From Eledone cirrhosa (taxonomy: Eukaryota), in the NCBI GenBank assembly GCA_964016885.1, contig OZ024743.1:342364001-342428000 (forward strand): a stretch of DNA of 64,000 nucleotides. Reading direction: 5' to 3'. The translations under genes were made by a program, and so were the position numbers. Positions 12,850 to 25,418 of the stretch are shown here, piece after piece (the first letter of the stretch is position 1; the number at the start of each line of letters is the position of its first letter). Below the pieces are notes generated by a model. That model was not told the origin of the DNA, did not search any database, and worked only from the letters and a program-made list of their open reading frames with translations.

Positions 12850-13365
12850 ATGTCAGGTAACTCTTCAGCGCTACTGGTAACATGTAACCCAGTACAGCCA
12901 ATGCATGGTGGGCTCGTCGGTGTCTAAATCGCCATCCTCAACAAGCTTGATTGGCTGAAATTTGGACACCCTGCGGACACAGGGCGGGGGAATTCAGGGA
13001 AGACAACGGCCATCCAATAATTCTTTTTTTTTTTTTTGTCGAGTGAGAGACACCTAGTCTTCATTAAGACATCTATCTAGGAAAAGTCACTCTGATATAT
13101 AACTTGCGACTTCGTTAGCATCCGATGATATAGACCAGTTCTTCTTTTGGGACAAATGCATTCGTTGTTCAAAGAGTGGGATTGACCCCGTGCAAAACCT
13201 TTCCTCACTTACAAAAGCTTCAAGCACAGGTTTCGCTTGATATGTGACATTTCTTTCGATGCATGGTATTGCTGGTCATAGTCAACTCCCTAGCTTAAGT
13301 ATCAAGCAATCACGCTTAAGTATCAAGCAATGGCATTACTTGAAATCGATTTACAGCCATCATGT
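12850..13365 (+). mobile_element. RTE-like LINE remnant (5' UTR-like segment and 3' tip before (ATGT)n)
   Basis: 12852-13010 is homologous to the reverse complement of 62705-62900; the 3' tip resembles the tips at 61690-62290. Confidence 0.55.
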
Positions 13366-13938
13366 TTGTATGTATGTATGTATGTATGTATGTATGTATG
13401 TATGTATGTATGTATGTATGTATGTATGTATGTATGTATGTACATGTGTGTGGACGCAGTATGGCCGATCAGCAAAATAGTGCGATTCAAAATCATTGGA
13501 TCCTGAGTCCGATTCCTTAGCGTGGCATCTTTGGCTAGTGATCTGAGCAAGAATAGTGAAAAGAACGAGTGATTCTGAAACCTTTTAGGTCACACCTGTA
13601 TGTGATGACAGTCAATTATGTGCCAATCTATGGATCTAGGATGCATTCCATGGTCATTCGTGGCCGAAGAGTGTCTTTACCCTATATATATGATATATAT
13701 TTATTAACGAAAGTATTATTATTGCAAAATATGATGGATTTAAGAAGGTTTCATCAGAGTAACAGGAATACAATTAAATGACTTAAATGCTTCAAGTCCT
13801 ACTTTAATAACACTACTGTAAACTTTATCCATTGGATTGAACTATAGACTGTTTATTACCTATTTTTTAGACTATAAAATCATATTGAGTTTTAAATTGT
13901 GTTAGTCTATATATATAGTCTAGATATACATATATATC

Positions 13939-14030
<92 letters not shown>

Positions 14031-14061
14031 AAGAATCAAAGAACTGTTCAAAACATTATTG

Positions 14062-14108
14062 TGCTTACAGCTGTTTCCTCCAAACCGAGGTTTGGATTCT
14101 TCGGAGCA
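14062..14108 (-). ncRNA. Hammerhead (U4C core), inverted copy
   Basis: Reverse complement of 14725-14771. Confidence 0.82.
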
Positions 14109-14724
14109 ATTTATTAATGCATGGACAGTTATATGACCTCCTTTTCAGCCGAGAGACATACCAATACATATTCAAACATTGATACATATTCAAACATTGT
14201 GGGTCAACATTCATTACAGAATTTAGAGTGGCAGTACACACTTCGAGAAAATGCCGAAGTACATGAATTACTTGACATCCCTGCGCTGTGCATCTCCAAT
14301 ACTTATAACACTTTTAATGCTTGCACTATCTTTAATGCTTATAATATTTCTCCACACACAGACTATATCAATCATATAAAGACTTTGCCACCAGATCTAC
14401 CAACCTAACACTCTTATTTACCTACCTAAGTGCCTCTACCACACATATCTCTCTGCCACACTATATAAACAAGACGCACATGCGTGCCACACATATAACA
14501 TTTGCACTATATAACCACTTATCTTCATGTTGTACTTTAACCTATATCTTTGATTTTTGATTGTACCTATTAATATAAATGTAATCTCGAAGTGTGTACT
14601 GCCACTCTAAATTCTGTAATGAATGTTGACCCACAATGTTTGAATATGTATCAATGTTTGAATATGTATTGGTATGTCTCTCGGCTGAAAAGGAGGTCAT
14701 ATAACTGTCCATGCATTAATAAAT

Positions 14725-14771
14725 TGCTCCGAAGAATCCAAACCTCGGTTTGGAGGAAACAGCTGTAAGCA
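14725..14771 (+). ncRNA. Type I hammerhead with CCGAAGA core
   Basis: TGCT-CCGAAGA-A-TCCAAACC-TC-GGTTTGGA-G-GAAA-CAGCTG-TA-AGCA. Confidence 0.82.
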
Positions 14772-14972
14772 CAATAATGTTTTGAACAGTTCTTTGATTC
14801 TTATATTTCATATAACTGCTCTGTAAATCATCTGATGTTTTTACATTGAGCTACTTAACTTACTGGTAATAAGGTAGTAATACATTACTGCCTACCACTA
14901 TTTAGGGTGTGTGTAAAATACTTACAACTGCTTAAGGTTTTGTGTTTACATAACCATAAATAGTATAACTAA

Positions 14973-15009
<37 letters not shown>

Positions 15010-15081
15010 AGCGGAACAAGTAAACATTAAACAATCTTTTAAATAAATTAAAATATGATTTAAATATTTACCTCTTCTAAT

Positions 15082-15162
15082 GCCATGACCGACGGTTTCG
15101 CTGTATCTTTCCATTGGAAATTCAGAGAATTTCCAATGGAAAGATACAGCTCTTCAGATAGC
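15082..15162 (-). ncRNA. Type I hammerhead with 24-bp perfect stem II
   Basis: GCTAT-CTGAAGA-[24-bp stem, 3-nt loop]-GAAA-CC-GTC-GG-TC-ATGGC; GUC site. Confidence 0.88.
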
Positions 15163-15419
15163 TTTTCCAAACCTACTAGACATAAATCCAAGTAGAAATA
15201 GATGTATCGCTTTCATCCCGGTGTATGAAATCAAGCCGTTAAAATGACCCACACACAAATAGGCCGTAAGAAAAAACGGGAATTATAGACTCGTTGTTAC
15301 TAGAAATAGCAGCATGATACAACATTTTTTCCCTACATTAAAGAGAATTCAAATAAATGATATATATCTCCATAGTTAATTTATCTGGCATAGGTTATTT
15401 ATTTACTTTGCGTTTTTTT

Positions 15420-15700
15420 AACGTTAGGAAGCTTTTAAAAGTCCAAATAATCGTCGTCATTTGCGATTACGTTTGTCATCGTTAAGGAAAGCATATGATG
15501 CCATCCCTGTAGTATTCTTTGTGCTTCGATGTAAAACATTCCATCAGTCACTGATTTACCTGATCTTCATTGGCGAAAGTCTTTGACTGCATTGCACTGC
15601 TTATTGAGAGAAAAAGGTGGTTGACTGTAGGTATGAGGTTGGGCGAATACAGTCGGTTGGGAAAAAGCTCCCATTATCGCGACTATATTTCAAATTTCTA
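15420..15700 (-). pseudogene. mariner transposase C-terminal remnant
   Basis: YSPNLIPTVNHLFLSISSAMQSKTFANEDQV...FTSKHKEYYRDGI resembles the mariner YSPDLAPSDYHLF...FY..GI motif; has stops. Confidence 0.8.
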
Positions 15701-16399
15701 CAATGTTCGTACTTCTAACTATAGGCGTAAAATATTCTAAAGTTCCGCAACTTGTGAAGGCATGAAGCATATCTAAATGTGCCACATGATACATGTAGGA
15801 AACGAATACTAATATGAATTCATTAAATAACATAACGTAAAGTTCCACGATTCAGTGAAATAACGGTGAAGACACAAATGACTCGTGGAAACTTGATTAT
15901 CCCTGTATTCAGATTTTAAGTTCCAAATGCCTGAAGTGTGTTTATGTTAGAAATCAATATTTTTGTTATTGTTCCTTTTATTCATGTTATTCTAAGAAAA
16001 TCAATGAAAACTATTTTGAACTATTATTTGACTTAATCTTAATTGTTTTTTTTGTTTTATTGCCAAATACCAATGGTCATCATCAAATCAACAAGGGAAC
16101 TTCTCTGTGATCGCCCGAGATGACAAAAATAGCATCTTAACCTCTTTCGTATCACACACATCCGACTTCAAATAGAAAATATTGGATAATATAAACGTGA
16201 GAGCTTGTGTTCGACTGGAATATCTTCGTTGTTATGATGCTTATTGGGAAGGTGGGACAGAATGCAGTTTTGCACACCCCAGACACTATGTGAGCAGCGC
16301 CCAGTCTGCTCATTACAAATACTCCAGACAAATCCAATTCGGGCAACCAATACAGCACATAGGATCACTGCCCAGGAAGTATTAGGGTTTCACGTACTG

Positions 16400-17930
16400 T
16401 AATTGCAGAACAACAGTCTTATTTAAAGATAGCAGAAAATATTGTGAGACAGCTGACTTGGCTTAATCATGTACAAAGCCAAAGTCACACCAACATTCGT
16501 TATCGCCACAAATAAAGGACCCATGGTAGCCACCACTAATACCCATTCAAATGTCATATCAGCGGCCACTACTGATACCACAAATGTCACACCAGTGCAA
16601 CTACTTAATGTCAGAGGCCTGGCAAAACTGACCAACATGTGTAGGATCACCTACTCAAGAGAACTGGCCCCAAGCAATCAAGCAATATGCAAGGCACTAA
16701 TTGAAACTCCCCAGACAGCTAGCAAAGCAGATGCTAAATACACATAGCAAAGTATGTTGTATTTCGCAGTGACAGGAACAAGAGAACTCATGGTGGGATT
16801 GCTTCGTACATCCGTGAAGATGTCATACCATTAGTACTAGTGTCACATTCCAACTCTGTCTATGACACAACTAATAGTGCACGTAAAACAACTCAATGTG
16901 GTAATAGGTGTCACATATCGTCCACCAGACTCCCTTTGTCATAAGGACAAGATTGAAGATAGTCTCAGAAAGAATGAAGAAGTATTAATTTGGGTCAGAT
17001 TCTCAGCATCCTGCAGCTGGGAGATTTTAACCTCCTCAAGGTAAAATGGCCCGAAGGCCATCCCCTACGAATGATGGCACTTCAACAAAGGCAGACAGGA
17101 CCTTTGTTGGACATTACAAACAGACTTTTAATGGAACAAATGGTACTTTATCCAATAAGAGGTGAAAATATCCTAGATCCCTGCTTCACGAATAACAAAG
17201 AGATCATCAACAATGTGAAAGTGACACCAACGATTTTCTCCAAGTGTAACATAGTAGAACTAGTAATGTATAGCCTGAGGAGGACTGTAGATGTTCAGCC
17301 CACAGGAACCATTCGGTCACTGTCCGGCTTAAACTTCCACAAATCTAACTGGAAAAAGATTCAGGAGTAGCTGGACCGACAGTTTCTACGGAACATATCA
17401 ACATACAACTTTTAACAATTAATAGAAATAATTGTTTCTACTTCAGGCACAAGGCCAGCAATTACCCAGTACATTACTGGTACTTTATTTTATCGAACCC
17501 GTAAGGATGAAAGGCAAAGTTAACCTCGGCGGGATTTGAACTAAAACCGTAATGGGACGTAACTATGCTAGAAAGCATGGCGTCCAACCCTCTACCGATA
17601 CTGCCAATTCACCGCCCTTAATAGAAATAATACAAGCCATATTCTCTAGGTTTGCCCGGAAAGAAAGGCTAGCATACACAAAAATATTATTTCGGAGACA
17701 GGAAAATCTTTATGCGAAGGAGAAAGAAAGTCTCAAACCGGTTACATATAGATGTAAGGAACAAGAAGGAATCCTATTTGAAGTAGGCACTGTTTGAAAG
17801 TGAAACTGAACGAAAATTCTACCCTAAAAAGGAGAGGACAGAAAGAGAAGCTAGGGCTATGGAAAACATAAGGACGAACACTAAGGCTTTCTTTAAATTT
17901 GCAAAAGAAATCGCATCAACATACCACGGG
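16400..17930 (+). mobile_element. CR1/Jockey-group LINE fragment (APE endonuclease), frameshifted
   Basis: LLNVRGL, FRSDRNKRTHGGIASYIRE, GVTYRPP, LGDFNL, RGENILDPCFTNN. Confidence 0.85.
17430..17617 (-). mobile_element. SINE family A nested in the LINE, 14-bp TSD
   Basis: TTAATAGAAATAAT at 17419 and 17618. Confidence 0.93.
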
Positions 17931-18052
17931 TTTCAAAAGCTCTTTGGATTTCTGCTGTTGTAATGACAGATAGCCCTTTTACCTTTTTACCGATTGGAAA
18001 CTGCGCATCGAGTGCTCACTCGAGTGAATCTACAGTAACTGGACGTTACATT

Positions 18053-18096
<44 letters not shown>

Positions 18097-18164
18097 GGGA
18101 AAGACTCCTTTCAGTCACGAATGGCCATGGGATTCGAACCTAGAAAGTTCGTCTCTGAGGCACA

Positions 18165-18436
18165 AGTCGGGGCAAGGTTGTTTGTAGAAGACCAGTAGTC
18201 GCCTATGCTTACCAGCCTCCCCTCTCCACGCCACCGATAATGTCCAAGGGAAAGTCAAAGGCTGATAGAGCTTGTCTCCTGTGACGTCGCAAATTATTTC
18301 TACAGCTGAGTGAACTAAAGCAACGTGAAATAATATGTTTCTTTCAAGAACACAACGCATTACCCGGTCCGAGAATCGAACTCACAACCTCACGATTGTA
18401 AGCCTGACGCTCTAACCACTAAGCCATGCGTCTCTC
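18165..18436 (-). mobile_element. Second tRNA-derived SINE family
   Basis: Head TGGCTTAGTGGTTAGAGCG...GAGTTCGATTCTC followed by a non-tRNA body. Confidence 0.8.
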
Positions 18437-19023
18437 GAACTTCCCTATCCTGTAGGTACTGGCTGACTAACCTAACAGCATTGATACAATTCACATCAAA
18501 ATTAAAAAGCAGCATCGAACAGCCATTGAGTGCATTCAAACTGTTATTTATAGCAACCAACTGTGTTTACAGTTATTTTCTATGTCGAAATTTCCTACAT
18601 TTTCTATGAACATCATAATTCCTCAGTGCTTTGAAAGTTCGAGACAATACATATATAATTTCACTCAAAATGATATAATAATGTATGCAATACAATATAG
18701 CGTAATTATATAGTATGAATACAGTTCATAGAAGGAATTTATTTTCTTCTTAAATTTCACAAGATAAATGTCAGGAATTATACATGAGGAGAATGCTACA
18801 TCCAGAAAACCTTCATTTCGAATTCCATATAGCATACTGCGCTGACATAGTATTTGAAATGATGGCTGTTTCCCTGGATAAATGTGAAGCACAATAATAT
18901 CTGCATGTCATCATGTCATTTATCCGGTAAAATTTGATGTGGCAAAATAATCTATCCTGTAAACTGTATGGATAGCATGAATATATTCTATAAATATTAT
19001 ATACATATGTGTGTGTGTGTGTG

Positions 19024-19105
<82 letters not shown>

Positions 19106-19230
19106 TATAAATATATGTTTCTTCCTAATAATCATCTATTTCTCCCTTTTTTCATATATATATAAACCCCAACTCGTATGCTCCCTCTCCACGTTTTATT
19201 ATTATTATTCACTCCCACACGATACAAAAA

Positions 19231-20810
19231 ATGCCAACTAAAACAAAAACAGACTCCACTCTCATTAGCATCAATCAAAAGATACTACAAGAACTACAAA
19301 ATATAAACTCTAATTTGTCAATACTCACCAACAAACTTAACTCTACAAGTGAAAAAACAATCCCCAAATACACATCCTATGAAATCAACGACAATATCAA
19401 CAACTTATGTGAAACAATAAAAACACACCTGAATAGCAACACAAATCTTATTCAAGCGAACGAAAAAAACATATGACACTAATACACTTACAACTTACCA
19501 AATAAAAAACAAATTAATACCACAATGGTACACATCTCTTTAAAACAGGAAATTCTCCTTTTGGAAGATGATACAACACAATAACAAATCGGAGATGTAT
19601 GAAAAATGGATTAACTCATCCCCATTAATCATCCTCCGCAAACTACAAATTAAATCCAGCCCAAATGAACCCGAGAAACAAAGACGCCTCAGGGAAAGAA
19701 TGGCACTTGATAACATAAAAACCGAAATTGAACTCCTTAATTTGAGAGCCCAAACAAATGAAGATAGGATCAAATCAATCGACGATGAGATTTATCAAGC
19801 AATTATCAATAAACCCCTAGATAATATTTCAAAACTATGGTTAGGGGACTGTAATAAGGAAGAATTAAAATCCCTTCAATTTTGGGAAATAAAGGAAACC
19901 TGGTTCTCTAAGTATAAAACACTTTTCCAAAAAGAAACACATCCAAGAACTCTTCATTAAAACCATAATAACAAGAAAACTTAATCACCACCCAAACACC
20001 ACACACCAACCAACAACAGCAAAAAAACAATACCTCCCCACATACCCAAAAAAGAAGGTATCACCTCGGCCCTACCTCCTACACCCACGACATAGCTATC
20101 ACACGGATTCCCAAGCAACAAATATAGTAATAGAGAAACAACAACTACAAGATAGACACTACAACTTCTCTCCCACCAGGAGAAACCATAGAATCCCTAA
20201 CACTTACAACCCCCCTAACATCCCCACACAACAAACCCACAACCATCATTACTTTCAACATAGAACCCAAAATACACAACTACCACACATGCCACATAGG
20301 GCCTCACAACCACACACCAACTATAAGGAAACCCTAATCTACACTCCTCCACTAACCACATCCTACTACAACAACACCAGCAGTGGACAATACAACCACA
20401 CGAGACACCCTAACCACTACAACCACCATAACTACACACCATATAACAGCAACAGCAGGACTCAATATAACCACACAAGACAACCCTACTACAACTACCA
20501 CCAAGTCTACACACCCTACAACAACAGCAGTGCTCAACCTAACCATACGATACAACCCAACTTCAACAACCACCACAACTTCACACCCTATAACCATGTC
20601 CATCAAATCTACACACCCTTCAACAACATCAGCAGGGCTCATTACAACCACACGATACAACCTAACTTAAACAACCATCACAGCTACACACCATCTAACA
20701 ACAACAGCAGGGGCCAATGCAACCATAAGAGACATCCAAACTTCAACATCCACCACAACTTCCGTAATCATCTTGTAGGCAGAGCACACAGACACAGGGT
20801 AACAAGATAA
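19231..20810 (+). pseudogene. Frameshifted upstream ORF of the PLE: helical/coiled-coil-like region plus N/H/Y-rich repeats
   Basis: Consecutive same-strand ORF pieces 19231-19476, 19568-19960 and 20289-20810; about five repeats of 24-25 aa (YNN.S..QYNHT.QPN.NNHH.YTP). Confidence 0.6.
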
Positions 20811-23537
20811 CACAAAACACACAGGAGACACAAAATGTAATAAAAATTGTTTAATTTAACCTCTAAAGAATTAACAACAGACCAAATCAACATATTCTCC
20901 AAAGGTCTAAAATTTACACCAACTCCCCAACGAACAAACTACCCCGAAATGAAGGAAGTTATTGCAGAATTCTGTAGAAAACTAAGACTCAGCTAGCAAC
21001 TATACGACAAATACAATGAGGATGACTCAATAGCCAGAAATAGAAGCAACTACACCCCACCAAAAGGCAAGAACAAATTCCTCGATCAATTCTGCGAACA
21101 CATTACTAATTACCCATACCACCACCTACACAGACATAAACAAAACCCAAACCTAAGCAAAAAAGAATTGAATGGTCTTAACAGTCTACAAAACGAGAAA
21201 ACCCTAACGATCAAAGAGGCAGATAAAAGGAGTGCAGTAATCCTTATGAGGACAGATTACTACACGTCTCTATTACTCTCAACTCTAGAAAACCAAACAT
21301 ATTATGAAAAGGCCCAACACTACACACAAAAGAAAATAATGAGAAACCTAAAATCCCTAACAACCCTTTACAAAGAAGGCCTTACAGACAAGGAATACAA
21401 CTACATCACCAATTTCAAAAGCAGATTCAGTCTCTACTACGGTATCTCAAAGACACACAAAGGCGAAGTAATAGGCAGGGCCTGCAAGCAAGGCACAAAC
21501 ATTTACATCAATATACCCCCTCCTGATGACCTTACATTAAGACCCATAATAGCAGGTACCACATGTGAAACCCACCGCCTAAGCAACTTCCTAGATATTC
21601 TGCTTAAACCTTTCCTAAACATAAAAAGCCTCATAAGGGACGACATTGACATGCTCAACCACCTCCCAACAACACTCAATAATGAACATACCCTACTAGT
21701 AACCTTTGATGTTTTCAATTTATATTTCAATATCCCACACAACCTAGGTATAGGGGCAATACAATTCTGGCTTGAAAAATTCCCTAGTGAACTCCCACAG
21801 CGCATCCCTAAAGAGTTTGTTTTGGAGGGACTCAAATTCATCTTGGAAAACAATTTCTCCGAATTCGATGCCAAATACTACAGACAGAAATCTGGGACTG
21901 CCATGGGCACGAAAGTAGCCATAAGCCAACCTTGTCATGGGATATTTGGAAACCTCTCTCTACCGCAAAGTCTAGACAAATACGGTAACCATTTCTACCA
22001 ACACATAGAAAAGAACTGGAAGAGATAACTGGACGACGGCTTCATCCTCTGGTATGAAAGTATAGATAGACCGATTGAGTTTAAAACCCTTCTAAATGGA
22101 CTCAACACAAACTTATAATTCACAATGGATTACAGCCACGAACAACTCCCTTTCCTCGACATCCTCATCAAGAAAACAAACAACAAAATAGAAATAGACT
22201 ACAAACAATACCTTGTATACTACAAACCCACAGACTCCAAATAATACCTTCCATTCAACTCGTGCCACCCTCAACACACCATATTGGCAATTCCTTATAA
22301 CCTAGCCAGAAGGATCTGCACAATAGTTTCAGATAAATACACATGCTACACACGACCAGAAGAATTAAAAAACACACTTATCAGGAGATAACAATGGATT
22401 CCAACGTGCCCTAAACTCGACATCCAGGAACTCAGACACCCCAAACCCAGGAATGAACCGCAACAGAAAACTCTATCATACATCTCCACACACAACCCCC
22501 TCAACAATGAGGTATTCGACACCATCTTCCAGAACATTCCTTTACTAAAAAGAGACCCAAGAATAAACAAAATCCTACAAACACACAACATCATAAAAAG
22601 CAAAAGACAACCTAAATCCATAAAAAACATCCTCACACAAGCCAAAATTCAACCAACCTTCACAATGAATCCTACAGTAACAAAATGCGGAAGGCTCAAC
22701 TGTGGCATATGAATAAATCTAATAGAAGGTTCAACATTCCATTTTAAACAAGGACAACATTTCACAGTTAAACACAACTTTACATGTGCATCTGAAAATC
22801 TAATCTATGTTTTCACCCGCTCATGTTGTAAAGAGCACTACATAGGACAGATAAAAAAACAGCCTCCGACAACGTATGACTGTCCATAAATCACAAATCA
22901 AAATACAGGAATACAAAAAGATTGCGTCCAGTTAACATATCGCCAATTGTGCACCCAACCAACATCCAAACTTTAAATTTGTTTCCCCAATTACAAATTC
23001 ATAGACAACGCTACTTGTATTCATCGTACAAATAAGGAAACGTATTTCATTAATAAATTCCAACCTCTACTTAAGGCACTAAACTTCGGACTAATCTAAA
23101 ACTGGAACGAACAATGAACCAAATACAAATACCTATGTCTCTCTAAAGAGTTACCTCCCTCACACCCTACCTAATCCTTTTCCTTAAATAAATTAAATAC
23201 CATCCATCATTTCTCTCCCACCTTGAATTACCTCCCCCTGCATATTAACTCTCTAAAAAGGGAAATCATATCAAACCCCAGACTACCATTTCCCTCCATC
23301 ATGGATCAACTAAGCACTCTTGCTATATTAACACATTTTGATCTGCTTATCTTCAAGAACTATTCCTGTAAATAATATTATTTTTTCTTTCACATTGCCT
23401 TATTATGTTCCACATTACGCCCCTTTTTATTTCTTTTTTTTTTCACTTCATAAACTTTGTTTGTAAATAACATTATTCTTTCTGCACCATTTCCTTAACA
23501 TGTCCAACACCACTATTTTACACCAATACATATTATT

Positions 23538-23575
23538 ATCATTTGATAATGCATAAAAATGCTGAAACCGGTGAT
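23538..23575 (+). ncRNA. Hammerhead-like motif, U3-A8 core, cleavage site damaged
   Basis: TATCAT-TTGATAA-T-GCAT-AAAA-ATGC-T-GAAA-CCGG-T-GATA at the expected 3' pLTR position. Confidence 0.6.
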
Positions 23576-23774
23576 AGACAATTATTAAATATATAAATAA
23601 ATAAATAAATAAAAGCCATTGTTAATTAATAACTAAATCAACTAACACCTTAAGATTTCACACAAAGTCAAATATTTCGTTTAATCATTTTCTAATCCAG
23701 AAAAAAGAGAGAGAAAGATAAAAAGGAAAACATATATTTTTCTTTCTAATAATTATCTTTTTCTCCCTGTTTTC

Positions 23775-23832
<58 letters not shown>

Positions 23833-24059
23833 TTACGGTAAACATTGATTCAATTCAATTCAAGCACTCTACAGGGTATATTTAGAATAACAAAATGCGA
23901 AGTAGTTGTAGATGTTAAAGTCCTTTATTGATAAGGTTGTGATACATATTTCAATGACGACGGTGGCCATATGATTTCACGGAACCAGTGTCATGATCTC
24001 ATCAGACAGCTTCATTACATTGAGACAAACTCAAGGTATGTTTTGTTAATAGAAAAGTG

Positions 24060-24390
24060 TGTCAGCATCAGCGACAACAGCAACACCAACAACCACAATC
24101 GTAATCAAAATGTTATAGATGAGATTTACAATGGACGCTTAAACATCAGCATCACCAACATTAGTGATGGCAGCAGCAGTAAGAGTACCCTCAGAGGTGA
24201 CAACAACAAAGATCAAATAGCAGTGACTCCGAAGCAATAACAACCAGAACAACAACAACGACAACAATTAACGACGATGATATCGATAACAACATCATCA
24301 CCACCAATAGCAACACCAATGACAACGACGACAAAATCAATAACGGTAACGGTATCAATAATGATGATGATGATGACGAAGACGGCGCTG
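24060..24390. repeat. Degenerate trinucleotide (AAC/GAC/GAT) low-complexity tract
   Basis: Runs of CAA, GAC and GAT. Confidence 0.8.
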
Positions 24391-24394
24391 ATAT

Positions 24395-24580
24395 AATTGT
24401 TTCTACTTTTGGCACAAGGCCAGCAATTACCCAGTGCATTACTGGTACTTTATTTTATTGTCCCCGTAAGAATGAAAGGCAAAGTTAACCTCAACGAGAT
24501 TTGAACTTAGAATGTAAAGGGCCATAACTGTATGTTGTAAAACATGACATCCGACCCTCTACCAATACTGCCAATCCACT
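24395..24580 (-). mobile_element. SINE family A
   Basis: Consensus match. Confidence 0.88.
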
Positions 24581-24765
24581 TCGTGAACTGGCTCTTACCG
24601 CATGTTCACCATTTCGGTTCTTCTTAATGTTGGTGTTGGGGCCGGTATCTTCTGGGGGCAATGTTCCATTTACACTCACACATACACACACACACATATA
24701 TATGTATGTAAAAGTTAAACAGAAATAACAACACAATCGGTACAGTATATGGTTTCATATACTGT

Positions 24766-24841
<76 letters not shown>

Positions 24842-24852
24842 GTATATAGTTA

Positions 24853-25105
24853 TACTTTGGGAGGGTCATGTTGCCAGTAAGAAACACACGCACCAGATGC
24901 TTTCACTTCAATTTATTATAATAAATTTATAATAAATTTATAAATTTATAAATTTCTGGTTGGTTGGTTGGTTCCACAACCAGATAGTTGTTTATATATT
25001 GTCATAGTTCTTTCGTCACACACTCTGTGACCTCTTCAGTGACTGGGGATTCCTTTCTTTGTTTCTGTGCCTCTCCTTTGTTCTATCCTACGCCATTTTG
25101 TTTCT
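24853..25105 (-). mobile_element. Solo pLTR of the 3526-5222 PLE family with hammerhead at 25001-25043
   Basis: GTCA-CTGAAGA-G-GTCACA-GAGTG-TGTGAC-GAAA-GAAC-TA-TGAC; high similarity to 4980-5220. Confidence 0.88.
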
Positions 25106-25119
25106 GTATATATATACAT

Positions 25120-25418
25120 ATATTGACATATCCAGGAAGAAGATCTTAACGGTTCAAGATTTTCCAGGAAAAACTTGAACCGTTAAGATCTTCTTCCTGG
25201 ATATGTCAATATTTATAAAACAAACTTTGTATTTTATATGATGAGAGCGTACCAAAGTTTTGGTGCCCTTGAAATATATATAATAGAATAAATATGGTTT
25301 TATAAATATAGTTTCCATTTATTTAATATCATTGAATATTATACTCCAGAAAACTTGTCGAGTGCTTTGAATCAGTTATAAACATATATATTTGTTGAAT
25401 TACTAACAAATTAAATAT
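25120..25418 (+). mobile_element. pLTR fragment (TATTTTAT hammerhead family) capped by a 93-bp hairpin
   Basis: Hairpin 25120-25212, then TATTTTAT-ATGATGA...GAAA-TATATA-TA-ATAGAATA (C3 mutated); homologous to 43190-43410. Confidence 0.8.

Larger units (their letters stand above)
14019..14975 (+). mobile_element. Non-coding PLE pLTR insertion with inverted 5' copy
   Basis: About 230-bp inverted arms that look identical (14019-14248 / 14585-14814), each with a hammerhead; both ends in (TA)n. Confidence 0.88.
19100..23780 (+). mobile_element. Near full-length degenerate Penelope-like element (Neptune-like Cys linker) with an upstream ORF
   Basis: FNLTSKELT..Q...SKGLKFTPTP (~20850), IKEADK, RPIIAG, TFDVFNLY, GTAMGTK, R*LDDGF, LPFLDI, then KCGRLNCG...ENLIYVF...HYIGQ (22680-23060). 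Short terminal direct repeat ~19110-19160 / ~23730-23780; (TA)n flanks. Confidence 0.92.

Noticed and set aside
12850-13010. Possible HDV-like ribozyme at an RTE 5' end (also 62705-62900, 60600-60710)
   Set aside because: Could not assemble the nested double pseudoknot by eye.
15560-15624. Apparent minus-strand exon with AG/GT boundaries
   Set aside because: It is the middle of a mariner transposase remnant that continues on both sides.
18360-18436. tRNA gene
   Set aside because: A/B boxes are present but the acceptor stem is poor and it runs into a SINE body.
23971-24439. N/D/S-rich ORFs
   Set aside because: Degenerate trinucleotide repeat.
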